Of a DNA stretch of 64,000 nucleotides, positions 25,751 to 37,900 are shown piece by piece. Below the pieces are notes generated by a model, which saw only the letters and a program-made list of their open reading frames with translations, made no database searches and was not told the origin of the DNA. The position numbers and the translations under genes were made by a program. Numbering within the stretch: position 1 is the first letter of the stretch; each line of letters opens with the position of its first letter. This DNA is from Podarcis melisellensis (taxonomy: Eukaryota): assembly GCA_964234715.1 (NCBI GenBank), contig OZ174280.1, one strand, 5' to 3'.

Positions 25751-27013
25751 TGCTAGTCCATGAAACCTTTACACAACAGTTTGTCTTTAAGGTGCTCAAG
25801 AAACTTGTTTTTAACTAGAACAACCCTAACCAGGACTACACCTATTTGGAAACCTAAAATCTGCCTGGGCTTTTTCATATTTGCAAATCTAAAAAGCCAC
25901 ATGAGTATAGACAAGCTTTTCAGCTGATCTCATGGAATATTGTGAACATTTCCCAGCATTTTCCTAGGGCAAGGTACACCAACTTGTCAACAAGTGAGTC
26001 AGCATTAGCGCAGGAAAATGAAACTGGATTTGTGCCTGTCAGAAATACAGAGGTGCTCTGTTATAGTTCTTCAAAGTCTTTAGTCCCAATCATATGACCA
26101 GCAAATGTTTTATAGAAATCCCAATTGCTGATGAATTTAATGACAAAGCAAGAACCCCACACAAAACAGAAACAGCCTCTATCACAGCACCTGTTGCAAT
26201 CTACAAAACTGCCCTCTTGCATATATTTTTTCCAGCATCAAGCTAGGATTACTTGCAGGAAGCATTGCCTCCTGCAAGTAAATACATTGCAGCAAACCTG
26301 TTTTCGCTGGCAAGATGTTCCAGCTAATCTTGGCTCCTTGGCAAATAAACCTGTACAATATAGGAGTTTCCAAACACTCAGAGCAAAAAAGAGGGTAGTT
26401 ATTTTCATTCAAAGCATGTTCGAAAAGTTGCTGAAGAGACTCTTCTTCCACCCCTCCCAAATTTTGGCTGAGAATTTGGGTAGTGGCCCTGGACTTTGAG
26501 ATAAGACTAAAATGGAGGACCAGGAAACTTCCAAAGAATACTAGAGAAATGGCAGACATTTTCAGCTCCAGGGCCACACTCCCTTTTGGACAATGTCACT
26601 TACCAAGGGGTGGGTGTAGCCAAATTGGGTGTGGCCAAACAAATACCACTCCATCCAGGCAAGCAAAAGGTTCAAGGACACATTACTTGAACCTTTTGCA
26701 ACACAAGATGGCAGTGCAGAGCAGAACCAGTGAGAAATGTGGCCTTGGCAGAGTCCTGAGCACTGGACAGAATGATGTGGAGGCTCACTTCTGATCCCTG
26801 GGCCTGAGGTCTGCTCACCTCCCACTTCCTCACCCCACTGTCAATAGAAGAAGCAGGATGTTTGTTGTTGAGAAGCAAGAAACAAGGCATTTTGCCTCTC
26901 GTTCTTCTCAAGTCACATAGAATGCAGAAAGTGAACTGCAGCTTTCTTAGCATTTTCTGAACTTCTAGAAGGCAGCTTATCCCACACTTTGGGAAGACAA
27001 AGTAGCACTCGTA

Positions 27014-27256
27014 CAGTGGTACTTTAGGCTACAAACACTTTGGGTTACAAACACTTTGGGTTACAGACTCTGCTAACCTGGAAGTAGTATCTCGGGTTAA
27101 GAACTTTGCCCCAGGATGAGAACAGAAATTGTGCACTGGTGGCACGGCGGCAGGGGAAGACCCCATTAGCTAAAGTGGTACCTCAGGTTAAGAACGGTTT
27201 CAGGTTAAGAAAAAGACTTCCGGAACGAATTAAGTTCATAACCAGAGGTACCACTG
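27014..27256 (-). mobile_element. Tc1/mariner-type MITE (reverse copy)
   Basis: CAGTGGTAC TIRs, TA flanks, reverse complement of the 4435 family. Confidence 0.88.
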
Positions 27257-28031
27257 TATTTGTTTTCTGTTTAATATATTACTGTAACTCACAGAGGGAT
27301 AAAAATGTATTGGAAGGTAAATATTCACAACCTTACTATGACTTTTGATTTTTTGGGGAAAGAACCACCAAGACCAAAAAGAACCTGAAAAAAAGAAGTA
27401 TGCCAGTTTACAGAAAAAGATATATTATGTTGTGATACTCTTACCATTTTACAAATGATAACTGAGACACTTACACTTTATTTGTATACCACTTTCCATA
27501 TAAACATAACTTCAAAAAGTGCACCGTCCATAAAATTGAAAGACTTATGTACTGTATCACTCATATCCCTCCCAAGAAGGAGCACTGTTATCACCACCAC
27601 CCACTTACGGAAAGCTAAAGATGCTTTCTGCTTGCTGCATCGTGGTGTGTTCATTTACTCTGCAACCGCCTGTCTTGAACCTGCTTCTGAAACAATATAA
27701 GTTAGTAAATATTTAGTAAATGTCCCAACAGATTTAACTGCTAGAGACAGAAGGGTTGTGTTTCTGGTGCTGAAACAATTCCAGACTATGTGGTAAGGTT
27801 ATATGACAGTAAGGGCAGTGGTTTATCAGAAAGAGGTACAAGAAAATTTGGGATTTGCTTCGAAGGGAAGTCTAAAAACTACCCGCATAAAATCATGTCA
27901 AAACACGTTACAGCTGCTGTTTCTACTACCTTTACATACAGCATTTAACAGCACTGATTGAGAAGCAATTTCCCAAGCATAGCTACCCGGCTTTGCTTTC
28001 AGTATCTGCGTTCTTTCTCTCCAGATATTTG

Positions 28032-28119
28032 CATAGCTGTCAACTTTTCCCTTTTTAAGGGAAATTCCCTTATTCCGAATAGGATTTCTCGCAAGAAAAG
28101 GGAAAAGTTGACAGCTATG
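28032..28119. mobile_element. 88-bp hAT MITE
   Basis: 24-bp perfect TIRs CATAGCTGTCAACTTTTCCCTTTT; perfect 8-bp TSD GATATTTG. Confidence 0.88.
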
Positions 28120-28339
28120 GATATTTGTAATCTGGAGAGAAAAGGCGGCTCAATAGATGCCTTTCCCCCCACAAGCCCTGCGGCTATCACAACATGACTC
28201 TCGATTTCCCTTTCAGGCCAGGAAGGTGAACCGGGTGCTCTCCAGATCTTCTTGGGTTACAACTCCCATCAGCCTCAGCCAGGATAACCTGGTTGCAGCC
28301 GGATTTCAACAACATTTGGAGGCACGCAGGTTCCCATAC

Positions 28340-28990
28340 CTGCCCTAGAATAACATGCGTTACGCCAGCCCCGTTTCCTCCTCCGCTGCCGCCCGCCTCC
28401 CGGAACTCTTCGCGCACGCTGCTTCGTTTCGAGCCGGTGTTCTTTATTCGACGGACTGGGATTCGTAGCTGCCCTGGCGACTGCCTGCTCCTGACGCCGC
28501 TCAAACCGTTTGCCCCGAGACGCTGCTCGCCGCCGTCCCGAAGCGATGAAGGCGAGCGTCGAGGCCCGGAGTTCGGCGTGACTCGGAAGCCGGACCGGAG
28601 CCCTGCGCAATGAGTGGGCTGCGGTTGTGTCAGGCTGAGCCTTAAGCCGGGCCCCTTGGCTGGGTGTGCGCGAGGACCCCGGGGTCCTTGGTTCCGGAGC
28701 GGGATCGGACGGAGCGAGAAAGTGGCCAAGATGAATCTGGAACTGCTGGGTGCGTGGCTTTTTAAATGGTCGTGTCGAAACCTCCTCGGTCCTTCCCTTT
28801 GGTGGGGCGGGAGGGGGCCGGGGCGGGCGGCTGGGCTGTGCGAGGGGGACTTGGGAGACAGCGAAGTGCCGGGGCACCCGACCCGGACCAGGGGCCGGAG
28901 GAGCGCTTGGGCTGGGGCGGCTCCTGGGAGAAGGTCCCCCTCCTCACTCCGCTTGCACAAAACGCGGCTTCATAATTCTTGGCAGGGCGA
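28340..28990 (+). promoter_or_regulatory. CpG island / RBBP5 promoter and first exon
   Basis: Only dense CpG, high-GC stretch in the first 60 kb; ETS-like CCGGAA/CGGAAG and GC boxes; contains the ATG at 28731. Confidence 0.9.
28731..28749 (+). CDS. RBBP5: RBBP5 exon 1 coding part (MNLELL)
   Basis: ATG in CpG island; G|gtgcgt donor. Confidence 0.92.
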
Positions 28991-31900
28991 GAGTGAAACC
29001 GACTGACACCTCTTTTAAGTTCGTCATCAGCTAACAAGTCAGGGGATGCAGCCCTGGGGGCTGGTTTAATGGCACGCAAATTGGTGGTCGCCCACCTTCG
29101 CTGCTCACCTCTTCCTCTCTTCCTCCTCCTCCTCCACTGGCAGAAACTGCTTCCCTGAAGTCATGGCGGTGCTTGATTTCCCATGGCAGGTTTCTTTCCT
29201 CCTGCCTGCCCTGTTGCTAACAAGCTGACAGTCCCGTTGCCATGGCAGCCATGCCAGTTTTGACCACTCGGTTTCTAGTTTCTTGGGACCAAAGAAGTTT
29301 CTTCAGGCTGCAGTATTTGTTCACACAGCCGTGAGTCAGCCCCACTGAACATAGTGGCTGTTACTTCTAAGCAAGCATGTGTAGCATCGCACCATTTCTG
29401 TGTTTGTGCTGCCCAGCGTTTGGTTATGCGTCAAGGGTACACCCTAGGGATCACACATTTTTAACGTGCGAGATAAGCGTTGCCCGTTCAGTGTGCTGAA
29501 ACATTGTGATACCCCACATTGTCCCTGGAAGATGTGGTTCACTTTAACTCGTTTGCCATCCTGCTCAAAGGTTTCTCAGAATTTGATCAAAGCTTTTCCT
29601 AGACATATTTACAGCCCAATCCTAACCAGTCTCACTGATTTCTAAACCTCTTTTCAGTTGGTGTATTCTCAGTAGGGAAGGGGAATAATTTAGGTTCTTT
29701 AGCTTTTGATTTAAGACCTGGGAAGGATCAAACTGACGCCTGGTGCTACTGCCTGCTCCAAGGGAAAGAGGAAAGATCCACATGCAAAGTGCCCACATAC
29801 AAAGGATGAATTTGCAAAATTATTGTATCTTAAGCAGAAACCATTGACATTTTGGAAAGGTATTTGCAGGGCAAATGCCTCTTGATATTTATGCAAGTGG
29901 TCCATGACACGTGCTACATGGGAAGACAAAACCAGAAAAAGCAGACTACGGTACTTGACAAAGTGGGGAATCGTTGCATTAAGTGCTAGTTCAGGTCTGG
30001 GAAGCCTTTTGGGCTCACCATCTCTGCCTATTGGCCATACTTATTGGGGATTATGGGAATTGTAGTTCAGCAACATGTGGTGGGACCAAAGGTTCCCCCC
30101 ACCTGTCCTAGCTGACCAGCTCCTGAATAGGAGAAAAACAGAGAGTCAAAGTGGATGTGACATTCAATGAATTTTTGTATTTAAGAAAGTTTTGAAAATG
30201 CAAATAGCATCAGCTGGTGGGGCATGAGGGCAACCATGGAGAGGAATTTTAACCCTTTCCCCACCTTTTATTGTCCTGAGGATAATCCCGCCTCTAAAAC
30301 CAGTATCTACATTGGGAAGAAATCCCCCATTTGCATCCCATGAATGATAAGCCCACCCTCAGTTGATGTTATTTGTGTTTTAAGAATTCTGCAAAGTGCA
30401 AAGATGCATTTTAATGTATGTAGTTTGACCCTCAGTCTTGGGTTTTTGTTTTTTTAAAAAAATAATCTTATTAATTTTTTTATTTTCCATTCATTTTCAA
30501 CACATTTAGATGGCTCATAATTAATGCAATAAAATAACAGTAATTATAAAGCCCCATAAAATATAGGTTAACACAAGTAGCCTAAAAACAATGTGAGCAC
30601 CCCAGATTAAAAGCCCCTATTAGCATGGCCTTACATATTTTTCTTCTACCTTCCTCAATTCCCATATAAGTAGGATTAGAAGCAGAGCCCTTTCTTTCTG
30701 AAGATTATTACATCAAGGTAATACTGAGGTTATTCTTACAGAGAGTTGTGATAATTTTGTAATGCTTGGCATTTGCATGTTTACATCAAATGTCATGCAC
30801 TTATATTCTGCTCTATATTCTTATTTGATTGTTGCCTAGATAGCTGATTTGTGCCCACCTTGCCAAGTTAAGAATATTTTAGTTATCTGTTGTTAGAACT
30901 ACCTCCAGATTTTGAGCTATGGCCCACTTAGCACTCACCACGGATTTATAACCATGGTGGGGAACCTGTAGCCCTCCTGATGTTACTGGACTATATAACT
31001 GTTCTCATCCTAGATCATTTGGTGTGCTGGCTGGAGCTGATGAGAGTTAAGGGCCAATGCCTGACATTTGGGATCAAATTTCTCATTATAAGCAGCATAC
31101 TTTCATTTTTTTAAAAAAATGAAGTATTGCATAGCACAAAGAATGTGGTACTGTATAACTTATTTCATGCTTTATATTTCTGTTTTATTTCAGAATCATT
31201 TGGACAGAACTATCCAGAGGTAAATGTCTCCCTCACTCAAAGTTGACACATTCTATTCTAATGTTGTTTGGCTTGTGACTTGGTTTTATTATGTTCGAAG
31301 ACGGGAAGCAGATGTTTGCTGAACTGCAATGTGGATACTTGGTGTATGTTAAAGTGCATCAGGAAAACATGTCTATCTGAAAACCAGCATCCCTTCAACT
31401 TCTGATTTTTAATCTCGTGCATACTTTCCCTTCAGTGTCTAGCTGATCTCTCAAATAGCAGTGGTCTTACTTTGCCTGAGACATTTCAAAGGTGTGAAGC
31501 GTACTGACTATATAGCTTTGAAGTGAAATTGGTTGACATTGATTTTTATACCTTTCATTGTTTTCAGGAAGCTGATGGCACACTGGACTGCATTAGTATG
31601 GCCCTTACTTGTACTTTTAACAGGTGGGGCACACTTCTAGCAGTAGGTTGTAATGATGGTCGGATTGTCATTTGGGACTTCTTGACAAGAGGCATAGCAA
31701 AAATCATAAGTGCACATATCCACCCGGTCTGTTCTTTATGGTAAGAAATTTATCTCGATATGAGTTAAATATGATTGATTGATTGATTGATTGATAGCAT
31801 ACTCTCAGCTTAAGTAAAAACACAGTGTGCATGTCATGTATTCAGTATATCATTTTCACAAGTTGAAACTTACACAGCTTGAACTCTGCATGAAGTTTAC

Positions 31901-34900
31901 ACTCCAAGAGCTAAAAAGGAAAGTTGGTTTTTAAAGTCATCTCTTTGATAGTGAAAGCTGCTGCAGGGGGAAAAAAATCAACGAAAGATCCAGCTACACA
32001 GATGATTCATGCCCCCCTCCCCACATGCATTCAGTATCTTTGGATCACAGCTATAGACTGAGAATCCGATTGCCTCTTAGATTCTTGCAAAGGGCTTTTG
32101 CTCGCCCAGTGGATCTTTTGATCTTTTCTTTGAATTGATGATCTCCATTCTGTATCACAAACTACTTTTGAAATGCCCTTCAGTTTCAAAATCAGTTTAA
32201 CTTGCAACATGGGATGCTGCTATCAAAGAAAAACAAGTCTAAATCCCTTTGAGCTCATGAAATTATCCTTTCTTTTGATCCTCGCTGCTTTGCATCCACC
32301 TGCTGGGAAAATGTGGAATATAAGCTTTAAATAAATAAATAACTTCCCTTTTCCAGCACGGATAACTTTTTGAATTTGAACTTCATCATTCTAGAAATAT
32401 TTTGCTTGTTACTTTTTATTGGATACTTCAGGACCTCATTGTTGGATTTTTTAATAACATACAGTAGGGAAAAAACCCCTCAGTGTTTTGCTGTATTAAG
32501 TGTTTCTGGGTTTTGTAGGCTTTTTAGTGCAAAAGCCATAAAGTATTTTTTATTACAAATGCTTTGTTTCAAGAAATTTTACAATCACCATTCGGCTCTG
32601 CTATAAATGCATTGGTATCTGAGTAAATTTAGCTTGAGTTGCAGTATAGAGCACTATTCACTTCAGTGTGGTTAAAATAATAGTCCCAAAAACAGATAAA
32701 CTAACTGGTCAGTTCTGTATACTGGCACCCCAGTTTAAATACATTTACTTGGATGTTCCTTTGATACAACACTCTTTTGATTTGAAAGCATATTATGAGC
32801 CAGTAGCTCTGACCATTTTAAGTAATATTTGTGGGGATAGCAACAAAACAAAGGTTGTGGTCTTGAACTTTCTCTTCCAGTTGGAGTCGAGATGGCCACA
32901 AATTGGTGAGTGCGTCAACTGATAATATGGTATCTCAGTGGGATGTTCTGACTGGTGATTGTGACCAGAGGTTTCGTTTCCCTTCTCCAATCCTGAAAGT
33001 CCAGTACCATCCCCGCGATCAGTAAGTAATACTAACAAAGACCTTTCCCTAGAGCAGTCTTTGAAAACTGAATGGTTTCTTGCCTACCGTATTCTAATCA
33101 AGATTATATTTCATCATTTGCTTTATTCAACACAGTTCTTTACTGTGGGCCATATTCAGCAAAATATGGGAGCCCGTGCAACAAGTCCCACTAGCGCAAC
33201 AGGGGTCCTACCTCCTACAACACAGCCCTCAAATCAATTCGGGGGGAGCAGTTGAGAGAACCCCCATAACAGTGTGCAGGGGGAGGAGAGGAGGGGTCCT
33301 TATGTCTGGCAATCGGGAATGCTTCTGCTGATCATCATCCCAGCATGGTGCTGAATTCCTCCACTATGAGAGATTGTCTGAAGCTTTGTTCCTGGAAGTC
33401 ATCAATATGCTGGTGATAGTTCAATAGCAGACCTCAGAAGTGGCCCCTCCATGCATATAGCCAACCCGTGAAGAGGGGTACCAGGATCCTGCCATGCAGC
33501 CTGAGACCACTGACTGCTCACCTCCCACGCCCACTTCCTGACATCTGGCATTGAGGGGGTCTTTGCACAGATAGTTGTATATGCTGAGACTCTTAATCCT
33601 AGTGGGTGGCCATCCTTATGGCCCAATTCAATATGCTGCTACTTGTTTTAAAGCATGACTGCCATGTGATTGAAGAATAGTAGCCATGTAATAGATTAAA
33701 TCTGCATTAATTTGCATTTGTGGAAAACCACTATGATTCTAAAGAAAAAGATGCAGACACCTCATGCAAGAAAGGGCTCTGCCAAGCTTCTGCTTTCTAT
33801 CTGCAGTGTCTTGTCTGCATCCCTAAGCCTTTTGCCTGGAGGGCTTTCCCTGCCTTGATCCCATCCCCTTCATCTCTGTGCTCTCTCTTTTTTCTTGTCC
33901 TCGCTGATCTCTAGCTCTGAAGCCTCTGCTTTCAGACATACACAAAGTTCCTGCATCCTTAGAAACCTCCTTTTAGCCCACCCCTTTCCTCCCTGTTCCA
34001 AAAGAGACACCAGGTAAGAAAATAGAAAATTTGAAAATGTCTTTTTTTGTTTCTTGTTGGTTTCTATTTGTTTAGAAACAGGGTGTTGGTATGTCCAATG
34101 AAGTCTGCACCTGTCATGCTAACACTGTCTGATTCAAAACATGTTGTCCTACCAGTGGATGATGATTCTGATCTGAATGTGGTGGCTTCTTTTGACCGAC
34201 GAGGGGAATATATCTACACGGGGAATGCTAAAGGGAAGGTGAGAACTCACTGAACTAATATTTGGTGGGTAGCGGGTTCAGTTATCTGATTTGTATGACT
34301 CGCCTTAGAAGTGTTGTAAATAGAAGAAATGGGCTTCNNNNNNNNNNNNNNNNNNNNNNNNNNNNNNNNNNNNNNNNNNNNNNNNNNNNNNNNNNNNNNN
34401 NNNNNNNNNNNNNNNNNNNNNNNNNNNNNNNNNNNNNNNNNNNNNNNNNNNNNNNNNNNNNNNNNNNNNNNNNNNNNNNNNNNNNNNNNNNNNNNNNNNN
34501 NNNNNNNNGGAATATCATGAGTCTAAGCAAAATTTATTTCAGCTTTGATGAAGCAGCTGGGTACACATCTAAAATAGACCATGCAGAAAAAAATTATCTT
34601 ATTTAGAAATGAAAGGTTGTTAACATGTGAGGGTCACAGACAACTGCCCCATAGGGCCTTGACTATAGTTTGTGTATGCCACATTCAACCCATTAATGGA
34701 TGTGAGAAGATTACACACACACAGACACACACACCTTGGCACCCTTTTGTACATCACCATTGCTTGATCTACATTATTGACATTCTTCCCTACCAGTTCT
34801 AGCTGTGTATGCAGTTGTTGGCTTCTTTACATTTCTAATGAAAGCTTATATTTTTTTAATGAAGAATTCAGCTTAGGCGGTCTGACATATCTGCTGTGAA

Positions 34901-37900
34901 CTGAATCAGATACTAACTCTGTGTAACTTCATAACATTCCCTATTTAAATAAACAGCCCAAATGCTTTGAAATTCCCCACCCCGCACCCGTCTGTGTCAA
35001 AGAAACCTTCAGAATTTAACAATGTCATCAAGGGACTTTTTCTTTTGGACAGATCCCATTTTAGAGAATGAATTGCATGCAGTTGCTGCACAGAGATTGT
35101 CTTCTCTAATTCCATACCTGCTCCATTGGATTTCACTGTCTTAAATTGATGGTGTTGCTGGTGTTGAACTTGCCACTAACCTCTCCTTTTTATTGATGAG
35201 AGAGGAAGGCATGGTTCCTTGCTTAGTTGTCTCATAAATCACTGACGGGACTGACTTTTAATAGCACACTTTGATGTCTGTGCAGACTTTTATTGCCTTT
35301 CCTTATGAACTCTAAACAGGAAGTGTATGTGGTGAAAAGGTCACAGTAAAAGTTACCTGATTTATTTTTACTTACGTTGTTAGATCTTGGTCTTAAAGAC
35401 AGACACTCAGGACCTTGTTGCTTCCTTCAGAGTAACTACAGGAACCAGCAATACTACAGCTATTAAATCTATAGAGTTTGCTCGAAAAGGAAGGTGAGTT
35501 GAAGACTTTGACTCTGTTCACACTTTCATACATGGAGAGCTGCTGTTCAAATAACATTGTCCTTGGGAAGGCCTAAAGGAGGTATTTGGTTGTACCTTTC
35601 GTCTTAGTTTGTACTCGATTAACTTGCCAGTGTTTGTAGGGGTAAGAGTTTCATTACTTTTTAGTCTGACTGGTGATTTAGTTTTAATTATTTTATAGTG
35701 ATATTCCTATATTGGATGCTTTTAATTAACTCTTATTGTATATCACCTAGAGGCTTGGGTGGAAGTGTAACAAATAAATTCAACAAAGTATTAATAATAA
35801 TACTAGGATCCTGGTCTATGGGTTTATCCTATTTCTTATATAACCTGCTGGAGCACAGTGGCTCAGCAGTATATTTGGAATGAATGGTATTACAGCGTTT
35901 TGTATCTCCTTCCCCTCCCTTAGTTGCTTTCTAATAAATACTGCTGATCGCATAATCAGAGTCTATGACGGTCGGGAAATCTTGACTTGTGGTAGAGATG
36001 GAGAACCAGAGCCAATGCAAAAGCTGCAGGACTTGGTGAACAGGTAGGAATTATCCGTCTTGAGTCAAGGGCATGTGCTTTTCAGTATTCAAAGGCCCCA
36101 CTGCTAGTTTGTCCTCTGGTATTACTTCATTTCTCAGAGCTTGAAAAACAAGCATTCTACCCCCCTAAAGACCTTGAGTGCTGTTGTTCCAAAGGAACTA
36201 GGTCCAGATTGCCTGCTTCCTGGCTCTCAGAGCCCTTTCTTCTGCAGTAAAGCAGAATCCCTTTTCTACATTGTGCAGCGCTGTCCACAATTACCTTTTG
36301 AATATGGGTGAGTGGGGGTGGAATGAGTCTTCTGTAATCCAAAAAATGGGCTGTATTTTTTTTACTTAAATTCAAAATACAATCTCTAACATAGCATCAT
36401 GTAGCGTAAAGAGAAGCCTGAGATTCATAGGCAGGGCAGTGTTTGGATTAATTGCTGCCTTTACTACATTTATAAAACATCTTTCTGCCAGTGCAGTTAA
36501 AAGTTTTAAATCTTCATTATTGATATTTTTTCTTCTAGTTGTTAAACACTTCATAAACAAGTTTTCTAGCCATTGTAGAAGTTGGTTTAAAACATAACAA
36601 TTATATTGTAAAACCTGCAGTCAATCTTAAATTTCCAACCCAGGATGAAACCCAAATGCAAAAAGCCAACACAATAAAATGCAACACAGATCACAGGAGC
36701 TTAAAACAGCCATTGGTTAGCAGATCTAAAACCACTTAAGACGCACTACAGTTAAAGCCTTCAAATGCCCTGCAGAACAGAAAACTCATAGTCTGGGAAG
36801 AGGAAACTAAGATAGTCATGGCCAGTCATCTGAGGGTGGGGGCAACGGGGTGGGCATGTGGCATTTGGCATTTGGGGGTGTTTTGCTATCTCACCTTTCC
36901 CTCTGATGCAGCTAGGTTGTTTGGATGCTAATGAAGACAGAACTGGTTTTTGCTAGGCTGGTGGGGGCGGGGGGGGGGTCATCTCAATGCTCCCTTTGAA
37001 GCAGCCAGATGGAATGATGGGAGTTGTTGACAGTTCCTTGCTTAGCTGCCAGCCAGGTCCTTCTCACAGTTTTTAAGTCACTCCTCTGCACCAGCTACTG
37101 TCCTATTGTTATATTTTTCTATAAGTTCACATCAGTTCTGGTTGCTTACAAAAGCGACCGTACACAGCATCAAAGTCTGCAACAACGCAATAGCAAGGCA
37201 AGTGAAGCAACTGCAATCTTCACATAGTTTTTCAAGCTTTCTTATTTTCTTCTAGATTTGTTGGCGTGCGACTTAAGATCAAAGAAGTTATTATGGGGAA
37301 ACGTATCCTGACTTGACTGATTTGTATAACTTGCCTTGCAGAATTTGCTATTTGCAGTTTCAGAGAAGCCCACTTCCAGCTATGCATAATCATCTTTTGA
37401 CAATTGCAATTCTTTTGAACCCTTGCTTCTCCCTAGTGTACACTTGAACAAGGTTCTGTTAATTGCCATTTCTGCAGGACGCCTTGGAAGAAATGCTGTT
37501 TCTCTGGCGATGGGGAGTACATTGTTGCAGGGTCAGCACGTCAGCATGCTTTGTACATCTGGGAGAAGAGCATTGGGAACTTAGTGAAAATCCTCCACGG
37601 CACAAGGGGAGAGCTGTTGCTAGACGTGGCAGTAAGTACTGCATTGTCTCCTTCTAACAGGATTCACGGCATTGGGCCAGACTGTATTTTAAAAAATGTA
37701 CCACTTTTCTTCCCTCTTTCTGGTATAATCTAGTGGCATCCTGTCCGACCTATCATCGCTTCTATTTCCAGTGGTGTAGTATCCATTTGGGCTCAAAATC
37801 AAGTGGTAAGTGGTACTGATGCATTTTCTTCCATTTCTACACTTTAATTTCCCTGGATGACCCTTATTTCATTGGTCATTCTGGTTTTATTTTTTTGCCG

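Noticed and set aside
28187-29079. Cluster of long overlapping ORFs (up to 257 aa) on both strands
   Set aside because: Expected stop-codon depletion in a GC-rich CpG island; low-complexity Pro/Arg/Gly translations. Only MNLELL is real coding sequence.
34262-34606. ORFs spanning poly-X
   Set aside because: Artefacts of the N gap.
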